DNA of 64,000 bases from Acidobacteriota bacterium (GTDB taxonomy: Bacteria > Acidobacteriota > Terriglobia > Bryobacterales > Bryobacteraceae): contig JAPKZA010000237.1 of the NCBI GenBank assembly GCA_026394015.1, positions 13,586 through 77,585 on the forward strand, written 5' to 3'. Shown one piece after another: positions 7,256 to 16,486 of this stretch (position 1 is its first letter; every line of letters begins with the position of its first letter). The notes beneath the pieces were generated by a model. It did not search any database, was not told the origin of the DNA, and saw only the letters and a list, made by a program, of their open reading frames with translations. A program made the position numbers and the translations under genes.

Positions 7256-8955
7256 ATTCCTTCGCCGACCTCGAAGCGCTCTTTACGCCGCAGCACGTTG
7301 CGGTCTTCGAGTTGCTTCATGATCACTTCACTCGCTTCCTCGTCGTGGACAGGAAGCGCTTGCGGATCGACGAGCAGGAAGCGGTTGTCTCGAGCCAGCC
7401 TGGCAGCGCGCTCCGCTTCCGCCGGGTCCGGCGATGCGATCGAGCAGATGGCGATCAGGCCGGCATTGTTGAGCACCCGGGCCAACTCCGGGAGTAGATG
7501 GCTTTCCCGATCGTCAGCCAGGATGTGCACTTGGCAGCCAAGGTCGAACAGCTTCCGTTCGAGCAGCACGGCCAGGTCCTGCCGGGCGGTGAGCCAGACG
7601 GTGGCTGGATAATGCCCGGCCCGCGCGTAGCGTTCCGCAGGGGTCACGGTGGCTTCGGTCTCTCCGGTGAACTCCAGGCTGCCGAGCTTCAACGGCTCGA
7701 GCGACTCGGCGGTCGACTCTTCGATCATGCCAGCGGCGACGGTGGAATTCGTCACCGGGTCGATCAGGATGAACGCCCCTGTGATGCGGTTCTGCTGATA
7801 GGGATCGAAGAACAGCGGGCGGCGGGTTTCCACCTGAATCGAGGCGATCTCGTTGAGTTCCAGCTTATTGGCCGGTTGCTCGGCGAGGGTGTTGATATCG
7901 ATGCGGTGGCGGATCCGCGAAATCTGCGCGCGCACCGTTTGCGAGGTGTGTTTGAGCAGGTAGTCACGTTCGGCCTCGCCCGGGGTTTCGTGCATCCAGA
8001 CCAGCTTGGCGGCAAAGCGGCGGGATACGTGAGGGACGTGGTTCGGGTCGACGATCATGTCGCCCCGGCTGACGTCGACTTCGTCTTCCAGGCAAACGGT
8101 GACGGACATCGGCGGGTAGGCTTCGGCCAAGTCGCCATCGTAGGAAGGCAGCGACTTCACCTTTGTGATGCGGCCGGAAGGCAGCGTCATTACGGTCTGG
8201 CCCGGGCGCAAAATGCCGCTGGCCAGTTGGCCGGTGAAGCCGCGGAAATCGAGGGTGGGTCGGTTGACGTACTGGACCGGAAAGCGGAGATCGGTGAAGT
8301 TTCGCGCTTCGACGAGGTCGACCGATTCGAGGTGGTCGAGCAGTGACGGACCCTTGTACCAGGGCGTGCGGGCGCTGGGCTCGGTGATGTTATCGCCCTC
8401 GAGGGCGCTGATAGGGAAGAACGCGACGTTCTTCAGCCCCACGCTTTTCGCGTAGGCCATGAACTCGGTTTGAATCTTGTTAAAGACGTCTTCGCGGAAG
8501 TCGACGAGGTCCATCTTGTTGACGGCAACGGCGACGTAACGGATGCCCAGCAGCGAGGTGATGAAGGCGTGGCGGCGGGATTGGACTAAAACACCTTTCC
8601 GCGCGTCGATCAGGACAATCGCGAGATCGGCGGTGGAGGCACCCGTCGCCATGTTCCGCGTGTACTGCTCATGGCCGGGGGTATCGGCGATGATGAACTT
8701 GCGGCGCGGCGTGGCGGCGTAGCGATAGGCGACGTCGATGGTGATGCCCTGCTCGCGTTCGGCGCGAAGGCCGTCCGTGAGCAACGAGAAATCAATCGGG
8801 CCCGTGGAGCGGTTAACGCTCGAACTCTGGATACTGGCCAGTTGGTCTTCGTAGACGCCCTTGGCTTCGTAAAGCAGGCGGCCGATCAGGGTGGACTTGC
8901 CGTCGTCGACGCTGCCGGCGGTGGTAAAGCGGAGGAGTTGGGATTCGACGCTCAT
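7252..8955 (-). CDS. cysN: Sulfate adenylyltransferase subunit 1 (CysN GTPase) with a degenerate APS-kinase-like C-terminal domain
   Basis: The G1 motif is GSVDDGKSTLIGRLL, with DTPGH and NKMD also present. The C-terminal ~135 aa are CysC-like but lack the P-loop. Confidence 0.9.
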   Translation of the reverse strand: MSVESQLLRFTTAGSVDDGKSTLIGRLLYEAKGVYEDQLASIQSSSVNRSTGPIDFSLLTDGLRAEREQGITIDVAYRYAATPRRKFIIADTPGHEQYTRNMATGASTADLAIVLIDARKGVLVQSRRHAFITSLLGIRYVAVAVNKMDLVDFREDVFNKIQTEFMAYAKSVGLKNVAFFPISALEGDNITEPSARTPWYKGPSLLDHLESVDLVEARNFTDLRFPVQYVNRPTLDFRGFTGQLASGILRPGQTVMTLPSGRITKVKSLPSYDGDLAEAYPPMSVTVCLEDEVDVSRGDMIVDPNHVPHVSRRFAAKLVWMHETPGEAERDYLLKHTSQTVRAQISRIRHRIDINTLAEQPANKLELNEIASIQVETRRPLFFDPYQQNRITGAFILIDPVTNSTVAAGMIEESTAESLEPLKLGSLEFTGETEATVTPAERYARAGHYPATVWLTARQDLAVLLERKLFDLGCQVHILADDRESHLLPELARVLNNAGLIAICSIASPDPAEAERAARLARDNRFLLVDPQALPVHDEEASEVIMKQLEDRNVLRRKERFEVGEGI

Positions 8956-8956
8956 T

Positions 8957-9862
8957 TTAGAAATACCCCTCGCGCTTTTTGATCTCCATGGCGCCTTCGG
9001 TGTCGTGGTCGATGATGCGGTTCTCGCGTTCGGAACGTTTGAAGTGAACGAGTTCGTCCATGAGCTGGGGGAACGTTTCGGCGTCCGAGCGGATGGCGCC
9101 CGTGCAGTAAGTGCAGCCGAGCGAACGCATGCGGACTTTCACCATCTCCGGCTTTTCGCCAATCTGGATGGGGTAATTGTGTTCGATCGGGCTGATGCCG
9201 TTGCCCCGGACGAGCATCTCCCGTTCCTTCGCGAAGTAGAGCGGAACGATCGGGATCTTCTCCAGTTCGATGTAGCTCCAGACGTCGAGCTCGGTCCAGT
9301 TGGAGATCGGGAACACACGGATCGTCTCGCCCTTTTCGATCTTGGCGTTATAGACGTTCCAAAGCTCCGGGCGTTGATTCTTCGGGTCCCATTGGCCGAA
9401 CTTGTCGCGGAAGCTGTAAATGCGTTCCTTCGCGCGAGACTTTTCTTCGTCGCGGCGGGCTCCGCCGAATGCGGCATCGTAGCCACCGGCGGTCAGTGCG
9501 TCGAGCAGCGCGCGAGTCTTGAGCAGGGCGCAGCACTTCTGCGTGCCAAGCTTGAAAGGGTTGGTGCCCGCGTCCAGCGCTTCCTGGTTCGTATGGACGA
9601 TCAGGTTCAGGCCGAGCTCTTTGGCCAGGTTGTCCCGAAACTCGTACATCTCTTTGAACTTGTAGCCCGTGTCGACGTGCAGAACGGGAAACGGAATCTT
9701 CGCCGGAAAAAACGCCTTTTGGGCCAGGCGCAGCATCACGGAGCTGTCCTTGCCGACGCTGTACAGCATGACGGGATTGGCGAACTCGGCGACGACTTCG
9801 CGAAGGATGTGGATACTCTCGGCTTCAAGCGCCCGGAGATGACTGAGGATGCGCGGCTCCAT
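8957..9862 (-). CDS. cysD: Sulfate adenylyltransferase subunit 2
   Basis: The PAPS-reductase-like fold shows in [20 protein letters not shown]. It sits immediately upstream of cysN with a 1-nt gap. Confidence 0.9.
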   Translation of the reverse strand: MEPRILSHLRALEAESIHILREVVAEFANPVMLYSVGKDSSVMLRLAQKAFFPAKIPFPVLHVDTGYKFKEMYEFRDNLAKELGLNLIVHTNQEALDAGTNPFKLGTQKCCALLKTRALLDALTAGGYDAAFGGARRDEEKSRAKERIYSFRDKFGQWDPKNQRPELWNVYNAKIEKGETIRVFPISNWTELDVWSYIELEKIPIVPLYFAKEREMLVRGNGISPIEHNYPIQIGEKPEMVKVRMRSLGCTYCTGAIRSDAETFPQLMDELVHFKRSERENRIIDHDTEGAMEIKKREGYF

Positions 9863-9967
9863 TGGAGTCTTCAGGTTAGCAGGCCGATAGTCCCAAAGTC
9901 TATCGGAATTGCGGTGTAACCAACGGTGTGTTCGCAGGAGGGCGTAAGAGAGCTTACACTGAACTGC

Positions 9968-11560
9968 ATGAGGCTCGTACTGGTTGGATTGTGGGCGGCG
10001 GCGCTATGGGCGCAAGCCGAGATCTCTGGCGCGCGGATTCGCGAGCATGTGAAGTTTCTGGCGAGCGATCTGCTCGAAGGGCGTGGCGTGGGAACGCGCG
10101 GCGGCGACTTGGCGACCGCCTACCTGGCGTCGCAAATGGCGCTAGCCGGCGTCGAGCCTGCTGGAGACAACGGGACGTTCTTCCAGCGCGTCGACCTGGT
10201 CGGGGTGGAGCCCCAATCGTCGGCCAAGCTGTCGCTGGGCGCGTCCGAACTGACCTGGGCCGTCGATTTCGTCGGGAACACGATGCAACAGAAGAGTCTG
10301 GCCGGATTCGGCGCCGAGGCTGTCTTTGTCGGCCACGGGATCACCGCGCCGGAGTTCGGCTGGGACGATTACGCCGGAGTCGACGTGAAGGGGAAAGTGG
10401 TTGTGCTGTTCACGAACGAACCCCCGAGCGACGACCCGAAGTTCTTCGGAGGCAAGGCGCTGACCTACTACGGCCGCTGGACGTACAAGTACGAAGAGGC
10501 GGCGCGGCGGGGCGCGGTGGGCTGTCTGATTCTGCATACCACCCCGACGGCGGGCTACGGCTGGGAGGTGGTGAGAAGTTCGTGGGGCAAGGAAGATCCG
10601 CAAGTGAAGTTGGACGCCGGGGCCCCGGCGTTGGCGTTTGCGGGTTGGGTAACGCGAGGAGCGGCCGAGAAAGCGATGGGCAAGAATCTGGACGAATTGC
10701 TGGCTCAGGCGAATACCAAAGGCTTCCGCGCGATGCCGCTGGGGATTGCCGTCAAGGGCGCGATCCCTACGAAACTGCGGCCAATTCGGGCGGCCAACGT
10801 GGCCGGCATTGTGCGCGGGAGTGATCCTGAATTGAGCAAGCAGGCCGTCGTTTTCAGCGCGCATTGGGATCATCTGGGGATGGGCGCGGAGAAGGGAAGC
10901 GACGCCATTTACAACGGCGCGGTGGACAATGCGACCGGCTGCGGCATCCTGTTGGAAGCGGCCCGGGCGTGGGGCGCTCTGCAACAGCGGCCGAAGCGAT
11001 CGGCAATTTTCCTGGCCGTCACGGCGGAAGAAAGCGGGCTGCGCGGCGCGGAATTCTACGCCGCAAAGCCGATCATCGCGGCCGGGAAGACGATGCTGAA
11101 TGTGAACTACGACTCGTTCTATCCCTTCGGTGCGGTGAAGGACGTGGTCGTGATCGGTGCCGAACGAACCAGCGTTTATCCCACCGTCGAAGCCACGGCG
11201 AAGCGGTTTAACCTGAAGATTAAGGCGGACCCGCATCCGGAGCAGGGCCACTACTACCGTTCCGACCATTTCGCCTTTGCCCGTGCGGGGGTGCCGGCGT
11301 TTTCGGTGAATATGGGCACCGAGTATTGGGGCAAGGACGAAACCTTCGGCGATAACATCATCTACGAGTACAACGCCAAGCACTATCACCAGCCATCGGA
11401 TGAGTACAAGGAAAGCTGGGATTTCGCGGGCATGGAGCAGATGGGGCGGTTTGGCTGGACGATCGGCTTGACCATTGCGAACTCCAGCGTCACCACGACC
11501 TGGCGGGCCGGCGACGAGTTCCTGCCCGCCCGGCAAAAGAGCCTCAGCGCGCCAATGTAG
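9968..11560 (+). CDS. M28-family aminopeptidase with a PA domain, secreted
   Basis: The signal peptide reads [17 protein letters not shown]. Family motifs include [15 protein letters not shown] and [13 protein letters not shown] chose the start at the second Met. Confidence 0.85.
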   Translation: MRLVLVGLWAAALWAQAEISGARIREHVKFLASDLLEGRGVGTRGGDLATAYLASQMALAGVEPAGDNGTFFQRVDLVGVEPQSSAKLSLGASELTWAVDFVGNTMQQKSLAGFGAEAVFVGHGITAPEFGWDDYAGVDVKGKVVVLFTNEPPSDDPKFFGGKALTYYGRWTYKYEEAARRGAVGCLILHTTPTAGYGWEVVRSSWGKEDPQVKLDAGAPALAFAGWVTRGAAEKAMGKNLDELLAQANTKGFRAMPLGIAVKGAIPTKLRPIRAANVAGIVRGSDPELSKQAVVFSAHWDHLGMGAEKGSDAIYNGAVDNATGCGILLEAARAWGALQQRPKRSAIFLAVTAEESGLRGAEFYAAKPIIAAGKTMLNVNYDSFYPFGAVKDVVVIGAERTSVYPTVEATAKRFNLKIKADPHPEQGHYYRSDHFAFARAGVPAFSVNMGTEYWGKDETFGDNIIYEYNAKHYHQPSDEYKESWDFAGMEQMGRFGWTIGLTIANSSVTTTWRAGDEFLPARQKSLSAPM

Positions 11561-12881
11561 TAACTTTAATGCCGTGTTTCGAGCGCAGGGTGATCAGCGC
11601 CTTGCGCTCGACCACGTGACCGGGGACGAGTCGAAACCGCCACTTCTGCGCGATCACGGCGAGAAGCAGTACGCCTTCCATCCAGGCGAAGCGTTCCCCA
11701 ACGCAAATGCGCGGCCCCCCGCCGAACGGGAAGTAAGTGAAGTCCCGTTTGTAGAAATCGCCTTCGGCCCAACGCTCGGGTTCGAACCGGTCGGGGTTCG
11801 GCCAATACTTGGCGTTGCGATGCATCAGGTAGGGGCTCATGATGACGATCGACTTGGTCGGCAGCGTGTAGCCCCCTAACTCCAAAGGCTCGCGCGCCAT
11901 GCGTCCCAGGGCCCACGCGGGCGGATGGAGTCTCATGGATTCGGCGAACACCTGCTGCGTGTAGCGGAGTTGCGGCAGGTCGTCGAACGTCGGCAGGCGA
12001 CCGTTGAGCACCGTTTCCAACTCGGCATGCATCGCCGCCTCGGCTTCCGGGTGTTGCGCCAGCACATACCAAGTCCAGGCGAGCGCGGTGGCGGTGGTCT
12101 CGTGGCCGGCCAGAAACAAGGTGAGCGCTTCGTCGCGGACCTGCTTATCGGACATCGCCGATTGGTCGCCATCGGCGTCACGAGCGGCCATCAGCATCGA
12201 CAGGAGATCGCCGGGGTTCTCACCCGAAGCCCGGCGCTCGTTGATGATCCGGTAGATCGTGCCCTCAACGAGCTTAGCGGCCCGCAAATAACGCCGTGTG
12301 GCGGGCAGCGGAACGTACTCGATGAACTGCGACCCGGGCAGCATCAGCAGCGGCATGATGGCAACCAGAGCATTCATCGCTTCGCCCACTTGCGGCGCCT
12401 CTTGTTCGACATCGGCGCTGAACAGCGTCTGTCCGACGATCGCCAAAGTCAGCCGCATCATCTCCTGATCGATGTCGAGAATGGCTTCGTTTTGCCAACG
12501 GCGGCGGGACTGGTCGGCGAGGGCCACCATCTGCGCGCCGTAGCCGACGAGGTGGTCGCGATAGAACGCCGGCTGAACCATGCGGCGCTGCTTGATATGG
12601 GATGTGCCTTCATTGGTCAGCAACCCTTCGCCCAGCAGCGTTTTGGCACGCTGCAGAATGCGGCTCTTCGTGAAGAGGGCGTTGCGCGTGACGAGCACGT
12701 CGCGGATCAGGTCCGGTTCGCTCACCAGATAGATATGCTGGTGTCCGGCCCGGAAGTACGCGAGCGGCCCGAAGTCCGCCGCGACTTTCTCAATGTAGCT
12801 AAGCGGGTCCTTGCGGAAGGCAAACAGCCCGCCGGAAAAGAGCCCACTCGGCGGGCCAGGCGGTCGAACGACGTCAGGCAT
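11544..12881 (-). CDS. Cytochrome P450
   Basis: The heme-binding loop is FPFGGGPRICVGERFA, the I-helix reads LFLAGHETTA, and an ExxR motif is present. Confidence 0.9.
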   Translation of the reverse strand: MPDVVRPPGPPSGLFSGGLFAFRKDPLSYIEKVAADFGPLAYFRAGHQHIYLVSEPDLIRDVLVTRNALFTKSRILQRAKTLLGEGLLTNEGTSHIKQRRMVQPAFYRDHLVGYGAQMVALADQSRRRWQNEAILDIDQEMMRLTLAIVGQTLFSADVEQEAPQVGEAMNALVAIMPLLMLPGSQFIEYVPLPATRRYLRAAKLVEGTIYRIINERRASGENPGDLLSMLMAARDADGDQSAMSDKQVRDEALTLFLAGHETTATALAWTWYVLAQHPEAEAAMHAELETVLNGRLPTFDDLPQLRYTQQVFAESMRLHPPAWALGRMAREPLELGGYTLPTKSIVIMSPYLMHRNAKYWPNPDRFEPERWAEGDFYKRDFTYFPFGGGPRICVGERFAWMEGVLLLAVIAQKWRFRLVPGHVVERKALITLRSKHGIKVTTLAR

Positions 12882-12887
12882 TAGCGG

Positions 12888-14159
12888 CTAAAAAGCAATC
12901 GGCATGTTGAACGGTATGATGTTCTCGCGGTCGAAAGTCACGCCAAGGAAGCCAAGGCACATCTCGTCTTCAGTGCCTTCGCCCCAGCGCACCACCTTCA
13001 GCGGGTTGCTCGGGTTCTTCGGGTTCTTCTCGGAGTTGTTGAAGGTGCAGGTTGCACGGAGGCGGTCAAAGGCGTTCAACCGGATCGGCTGTTGATACTT
13101 GTAGAAGCCCTGCCAGTTAAAGTCCCAATCGTCGACATAGATCAGCGATTCGGTCGTTCCGTTCGGCTTCAGCTTCTCCAGTTTGAACTTCGTGCCCAGC
13201 AGGTGCATGTGCGGAGCGACCAGGAACGCCGTCGCGTCGAATAACGGAGGAATCGGGAAGTTAGCCACGACGTCATAGCTCTCGGCGCCAGCCGGAATCC
13301 GGAAACTCGTATTTACGACCGGCAAATAAACGAGACGCTTGTTCACTTCCTGCTTCGAAAAGTAAAGGCCGACCTTCGTCTGGTCTTCCTGCTGCGTGCG
13401 ACCACCGGGGTAGTAGTGCACCTGCATGATCACGTCGACGCCCTTCGGCAGCAGTGTCCCGACGCCTTCGGGAAGACGAGCGGCTCTCGTGCCGGGGACC
13501 CAACCTCCCGCCATGCTCGAAAGAGTCAGCGGAATACCATCGCCCGGACCCCCGAAGCAGTCGTAACCGGGGTTGCCGTCTTTGCCATCCATCTGCCGGG
13601 CCTTGCCGGAGGTGTCGAGATACAGAATCACATGATGCACCACTTGGCGATTTCCGGGGACGACTTGGATTGCGTCCGTGTAGCGGTCGACTCCGAAGTC
13701 GGTGGGGATCACGAAGCAACGGTAGATATCGCCGCGACGGTTCAGGGAGTAAGTCTGCGGCATCGTCAAAACCACGTCGGGATCGCCAAGCTGGAACTCG
13801 CCCGTTTGGGCTGTCGGCTCGGGCAGGTCGCGGGCGTCTCCTTCCGGAGCGCCACCGCGATACCAGTTCAGAATCAGGTCGCGCTGTTCATCCGACAAAC
13901 CGAAGTTGTTCTGGAACTCTCCATGGCCGGCGACGGGTTTCCACGGTGGCATCTGCTTGGTTTCGATCACCCGCTGAATGTCTTCGCCCCATGTCATCGC
14001 CGCTTCGTAGGAATCCAGCACGAAGGGCCCAATGTCGCCCTCGCGATGACAGCCTTGGCACTTCTCCTGAAAAACACGCGATATCTCGCGGGTATAAGTC
14101 ACCTGCCCAAACGCACAAGCAGCAAGAACGGCAAACGACAGCGCAAGTTTCACAGACAC
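12888..14159 (-). CDS. Secreted cytochrome c domain fused to a copper type II ascorbate-dependent monooxygenase (PHM/DBH)-like domain
   Basis: It has a signal peptide and a CxxCH heme site (CQGCH). The His clusters VHHVILY and HMHLLG match the CuH/CuM site pattern of the Cu2 monooxygenase family. The family assignment comes from motifs only. Confidence 0.6.
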   Translation of the reverse strand: MSVKLALSFAVLAACAFGQVTYTREISRVFQEKCQGCHREGDIGPFVLDSYEAAMTWGEDIQRVIETKQMPPWKPVAGHGEFQNNFGLSDEQRDLILNWYRGGAPEGDARDLPEPTAQTGEFQLGDPDVVLTMPQTYSLNRRGDIYRCFVIPTDFGVDRYTDAIQVVPGNRQVVHHVILYLDTSGKARQMDGKDGNPGYDCFGGPGDGIPLTLSSMAGGWVPGTRAARLPEGVGTLLPKGVDVIMQVHYYPGGRTQQEDQTKVGLYFSKQEVNKRLVYLPVVNTSFRIPAGAESYDVVANFPIPPLFDATAFLVAPHMHLLGTKFKLEKLKPNGTTESLIYVDDWDFNWQGFYKYQQPIRLNAFDRLRATCTFNNSEKNPKNPSNPLKVVRWGEGTEDEMCLGFLGVTFDRENIIPFNMPIAF

Positions 14160-14164
14160 CCTCT

Positions 14165-14656
14165 CTACTTATCAGTATGACGCAGGATCGTGACGATCGC
14201 TTGGGCCTCGGCGGACAGTTCCTGGCCAACCGGGCCGACCTTCTCCGCGGTCTTAAACTTCACGTTGACGCGGTCATTCGGCAGGCCGACCAGCGCGGCA
14301 AGGTTCGCCCGGATCTGTTCCCGATAGTCTTTGAGCTTGGGCCGCTGCAGGATAACCGTCGTATCCACATTCGAAAGCTCGAAACCGCGCTCGCGCACCA
14401 AGCCCAGCGCGTGCTGCACAAAACGATCGGAGGACGCTCCGCGCCATTGCGGGTCCGTATCGGGGAAGTGCATCCCAATATCGCCAAGGGCCACGGCGCC
14501 CAGCAACGCATCCGTCACCGCGTGCAGCAAAATATCGCCGTCCGAGTGAGCCTCGAAACCCGTTTCGTGCGGAATCACAATGCCAGCCAGAATCAACAGC
14601 CGCCCGGGAGCGAGGCGATGGTTATCCCAGCCGAGTCCCGTGCGGTACTCGGTCAT
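14165..14656 (-). CDS. ispF: 2-C-methyl-D-erythritol 2,4-cyclodiphosphate synthase
   Basis: The sequence GLGWDNHRL...HSDGDILLHAVTDALLGAVALGDIGMHFPDTD is diagnostic for IspF. Confidence 0.95.
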   Translation of the reverse strand: MTEYRTGLGWDNHRLAPGRLLILAGIVIPHETGFEAHSDGDILLHAVTDALLGAVALGDIGMHFPDTDPQWRGASSDRFVQHALGLVRERGFELSNVDTTVILQRPKLKDYREQIRANLAALVGLPNDRVNVKFKTAEKVGPVGQELSAEAQAIVTILRHTDK

Positions 14657-15372
14657 AGCTGCTTTCGGGTCCCCTCTTCAGCCAGGAATGCCTTGGCGAG
14701 TTCCAGGTCCGTCGGCTTGGTGATCTTGATATTGCGATCGCTACCGGGCACGACGTGGACATCAACGTTCTCAAGGCGTTCGACCAAAGACGATTCGTCC
14801 GTTCCGGTAAAGCTGTCGGCCGTCGCCTGCGCGAACGCCCGCTGGAGCAGCGGCAACCGGAATACCTGCGGCGTCTGCGCCAGCACCAGGCGCTCCCGCG
14901 GAATTGTGGTCTCGATCCGATGACGAGCGACGCGCTTCACCGTATCCACCGGTACCACCCCAAGAATCGCGGCACCGCAGACGGCGGCTTCGGCGATCAC
15001 GGCTTCAATCTGCTCCAGGCTCACGAAAGGGCGCACCGCGTCATGAACGGCCACTAATTCCACCGATTCATCAAGCGCCGCCAGGGCATGTTCGACGGAC
15101 TCTTGCCGCGAGTCGCCGCCGACCACCAACCGAACCGGCTTCGCCAGCGATTCCTTGTCCAGTAGCTCCTGGAACCATCCAATGTCGTCCCCGCGCAGGG
15201 CCACGACGATTTCCGTCACGGAGGCGCATCGAGCGAACTTCCGAATCGTGTGCAGCAGAATGGGCGAGCCTTCAAGCACTAAAAACTGCTTGCGGCTATG
15301 GACGGCGTCTGGCTGTGACTTGGCCATCCGGGTGCCCAAGCCCGCCGCTGGAAGGATGACAGCAACTTTCAT
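14653..15372 (-). CDS. ispD: 2-C-methyl-D-erythritol 4-phosphate cytidylyltransferase
   Basis: The N-terminus is VILPAAGLGTRM and the protein shows IspD-like length and conservation. It overlaps ispF by 4 nt. Confidence 0.9.
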   Translation of the reverse strand: MKVAVILPAAGLGTRMAKSQPDAVHSRKQFLVLEGSPILLHTIRKFARCASVTEIVVALRGDDIGWFQELLDKESLAKPVRLVVGGDSRQESVEHALAALDESVELVAVHDAVRPFVSLEQIEAVIAEAAVCGAAILGVVPVDTVKRVARHRIETTIPRERLVLAQTPQVFRLPLLQRAFAQATADSFTGTDESSLVERLENVDVHVVPGSDRNIKITKPTDLELAKAFLAEEGTRKQL

Positions 15373-15374
15373 GG

Positions 15375-16415
15375 TCAGGGATTATAGTGTAGCGCGGCTG
15401 CGACCTTTTCGGCGGTATGCACCCGCTCATCGAACCGACCAAAGATCATTTTGCCAGCGGTGGTTTGCAGAACGCTGGTAACGGAGATCTCGATTGTCTT
15501 CGAAATCATCTTCCGGGCGTTGTCGACGACGACCATGGTTCCGTCGTCCAGATAGGCGATGCCTTGGCTCTGCTCCTTACCTTCTTTCAAGATAAAGACC
15601 TTCATCAATTCACCAGGAAGTACGACAGGTCGAAGCGAATTGGCGAGCTCGTTGATATTCAGCACTTCGACGCCGTGGATCTGCGCGACCTTGTTCAGGT
15701 TGAAATCGTTGGTGACCACCTTGCCGTTCAGGAGCTTGGCCAGTTCCAGCAGTTTCATATCGACGTCGCGCACCTGCGGGAAGTCCTCTTCCACGATACG
15801 GATGTGTAAATCGGGGTTCTTTTGGATCCGGCTCAGGATGTCGAGACCACGGCGGCCCCGGTTACGCTTGAGCGAGTCCGAGGAATCGGCGACCAGTTGC
15901 AACTCGCGGAGCACGAATTGGGGAATGATGAAGGTGCCCTCGATGAACCCGGTTTCGGCGATGTCGGCAATGCGGCCATCGATGATGACGCTGGTATCGA
16001 GAATCTTCAAGTCTTCTTTGGCGATGACGATTTCGTTGCCAAACATCCCACCCAGCGCTTTTAAGTTCAGCATCTCGCCTTTGTTCGCTCCGATGACCAT
16101 GCCGCAGTAGGTCATCCAAAGTAGAATCATCACCTGCAAAAAGGGAACCGTGTCGCGGTTATCGGGGAACGCCTGGCCAAGGACGAGGGTCATCAGATAA
16201 GCCCCCAAAATCGCAAAAATGCTTCCAACCGCGGCGCCCAGCAGACGCTGGAGCGAGATGCGGCGCACCCGCGCTTCGAAGGCCACGATCAGGCAACCGA
16301 CGATGGCTCCGACCGCTGCCGCGGGCCACGGCTGCAACGCGCCAGGCCGCAGAAAGTAAGCGGCCGCAGCGATCGTAATCACGAAGACAAGACGAACAAC
16401 CAAAAGATCAGTCAC
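15375..16415 (-). CDS. PIN/TRAM-domain membrane protein (YacL-like)
   Basis: It has four N-terminal TM helices, a PIN core (LKILDTSVIIDGRIADI) and a TRAM-like C-terminus. The position upstream of ispD-ispF matches B. subtilis yacL. Confidence 0.8.
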   Translation of the reverse strand: MTDLLVVRLVFVITIAAAAYFLRPGALQPWPAAAVGAIVGCLIVAFEARVRRISLQRLLGAAVGSIFAILGAYLMTLVLGQAFPDNRDTVPFLQVMILLWMTYCGMVIGANKGEMLNLKALGGMFGNEIVIAKEDLKILDTSVIIDGRIADIAETGFIEGTFIIPQFVLRELQLVADSSDSLKRNRGRRGLDILSRIQKNPDLHIRIVEEDFPQVRDVDMKLLELAKLLNGKVVTNDFNLNKVAQIHGVEVLNINELANSLRPVVLPGELMKVFILKEGKEQSQGIAYLDDGTMVVVDNARKMISKTIEISVTSVLQTTAGKMIFGRFDERVHTAEKVAAALHYNP

Positions 16416-16486
16416 GAAAGTTTCCCAAGGGTGAGCCTGTTTACGCTATCGCAGTACGAAGGCTTGTGCAAGGGGGGAAGGGCAGT

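Noticed and set aside
10142-11536. 464-aa minus ORF opposite the M28 peptidase
   Set aside because: It is a high-GC antisense shadow (Arg/Pro/Gly-rich). The + frame has clear M28 motifs.
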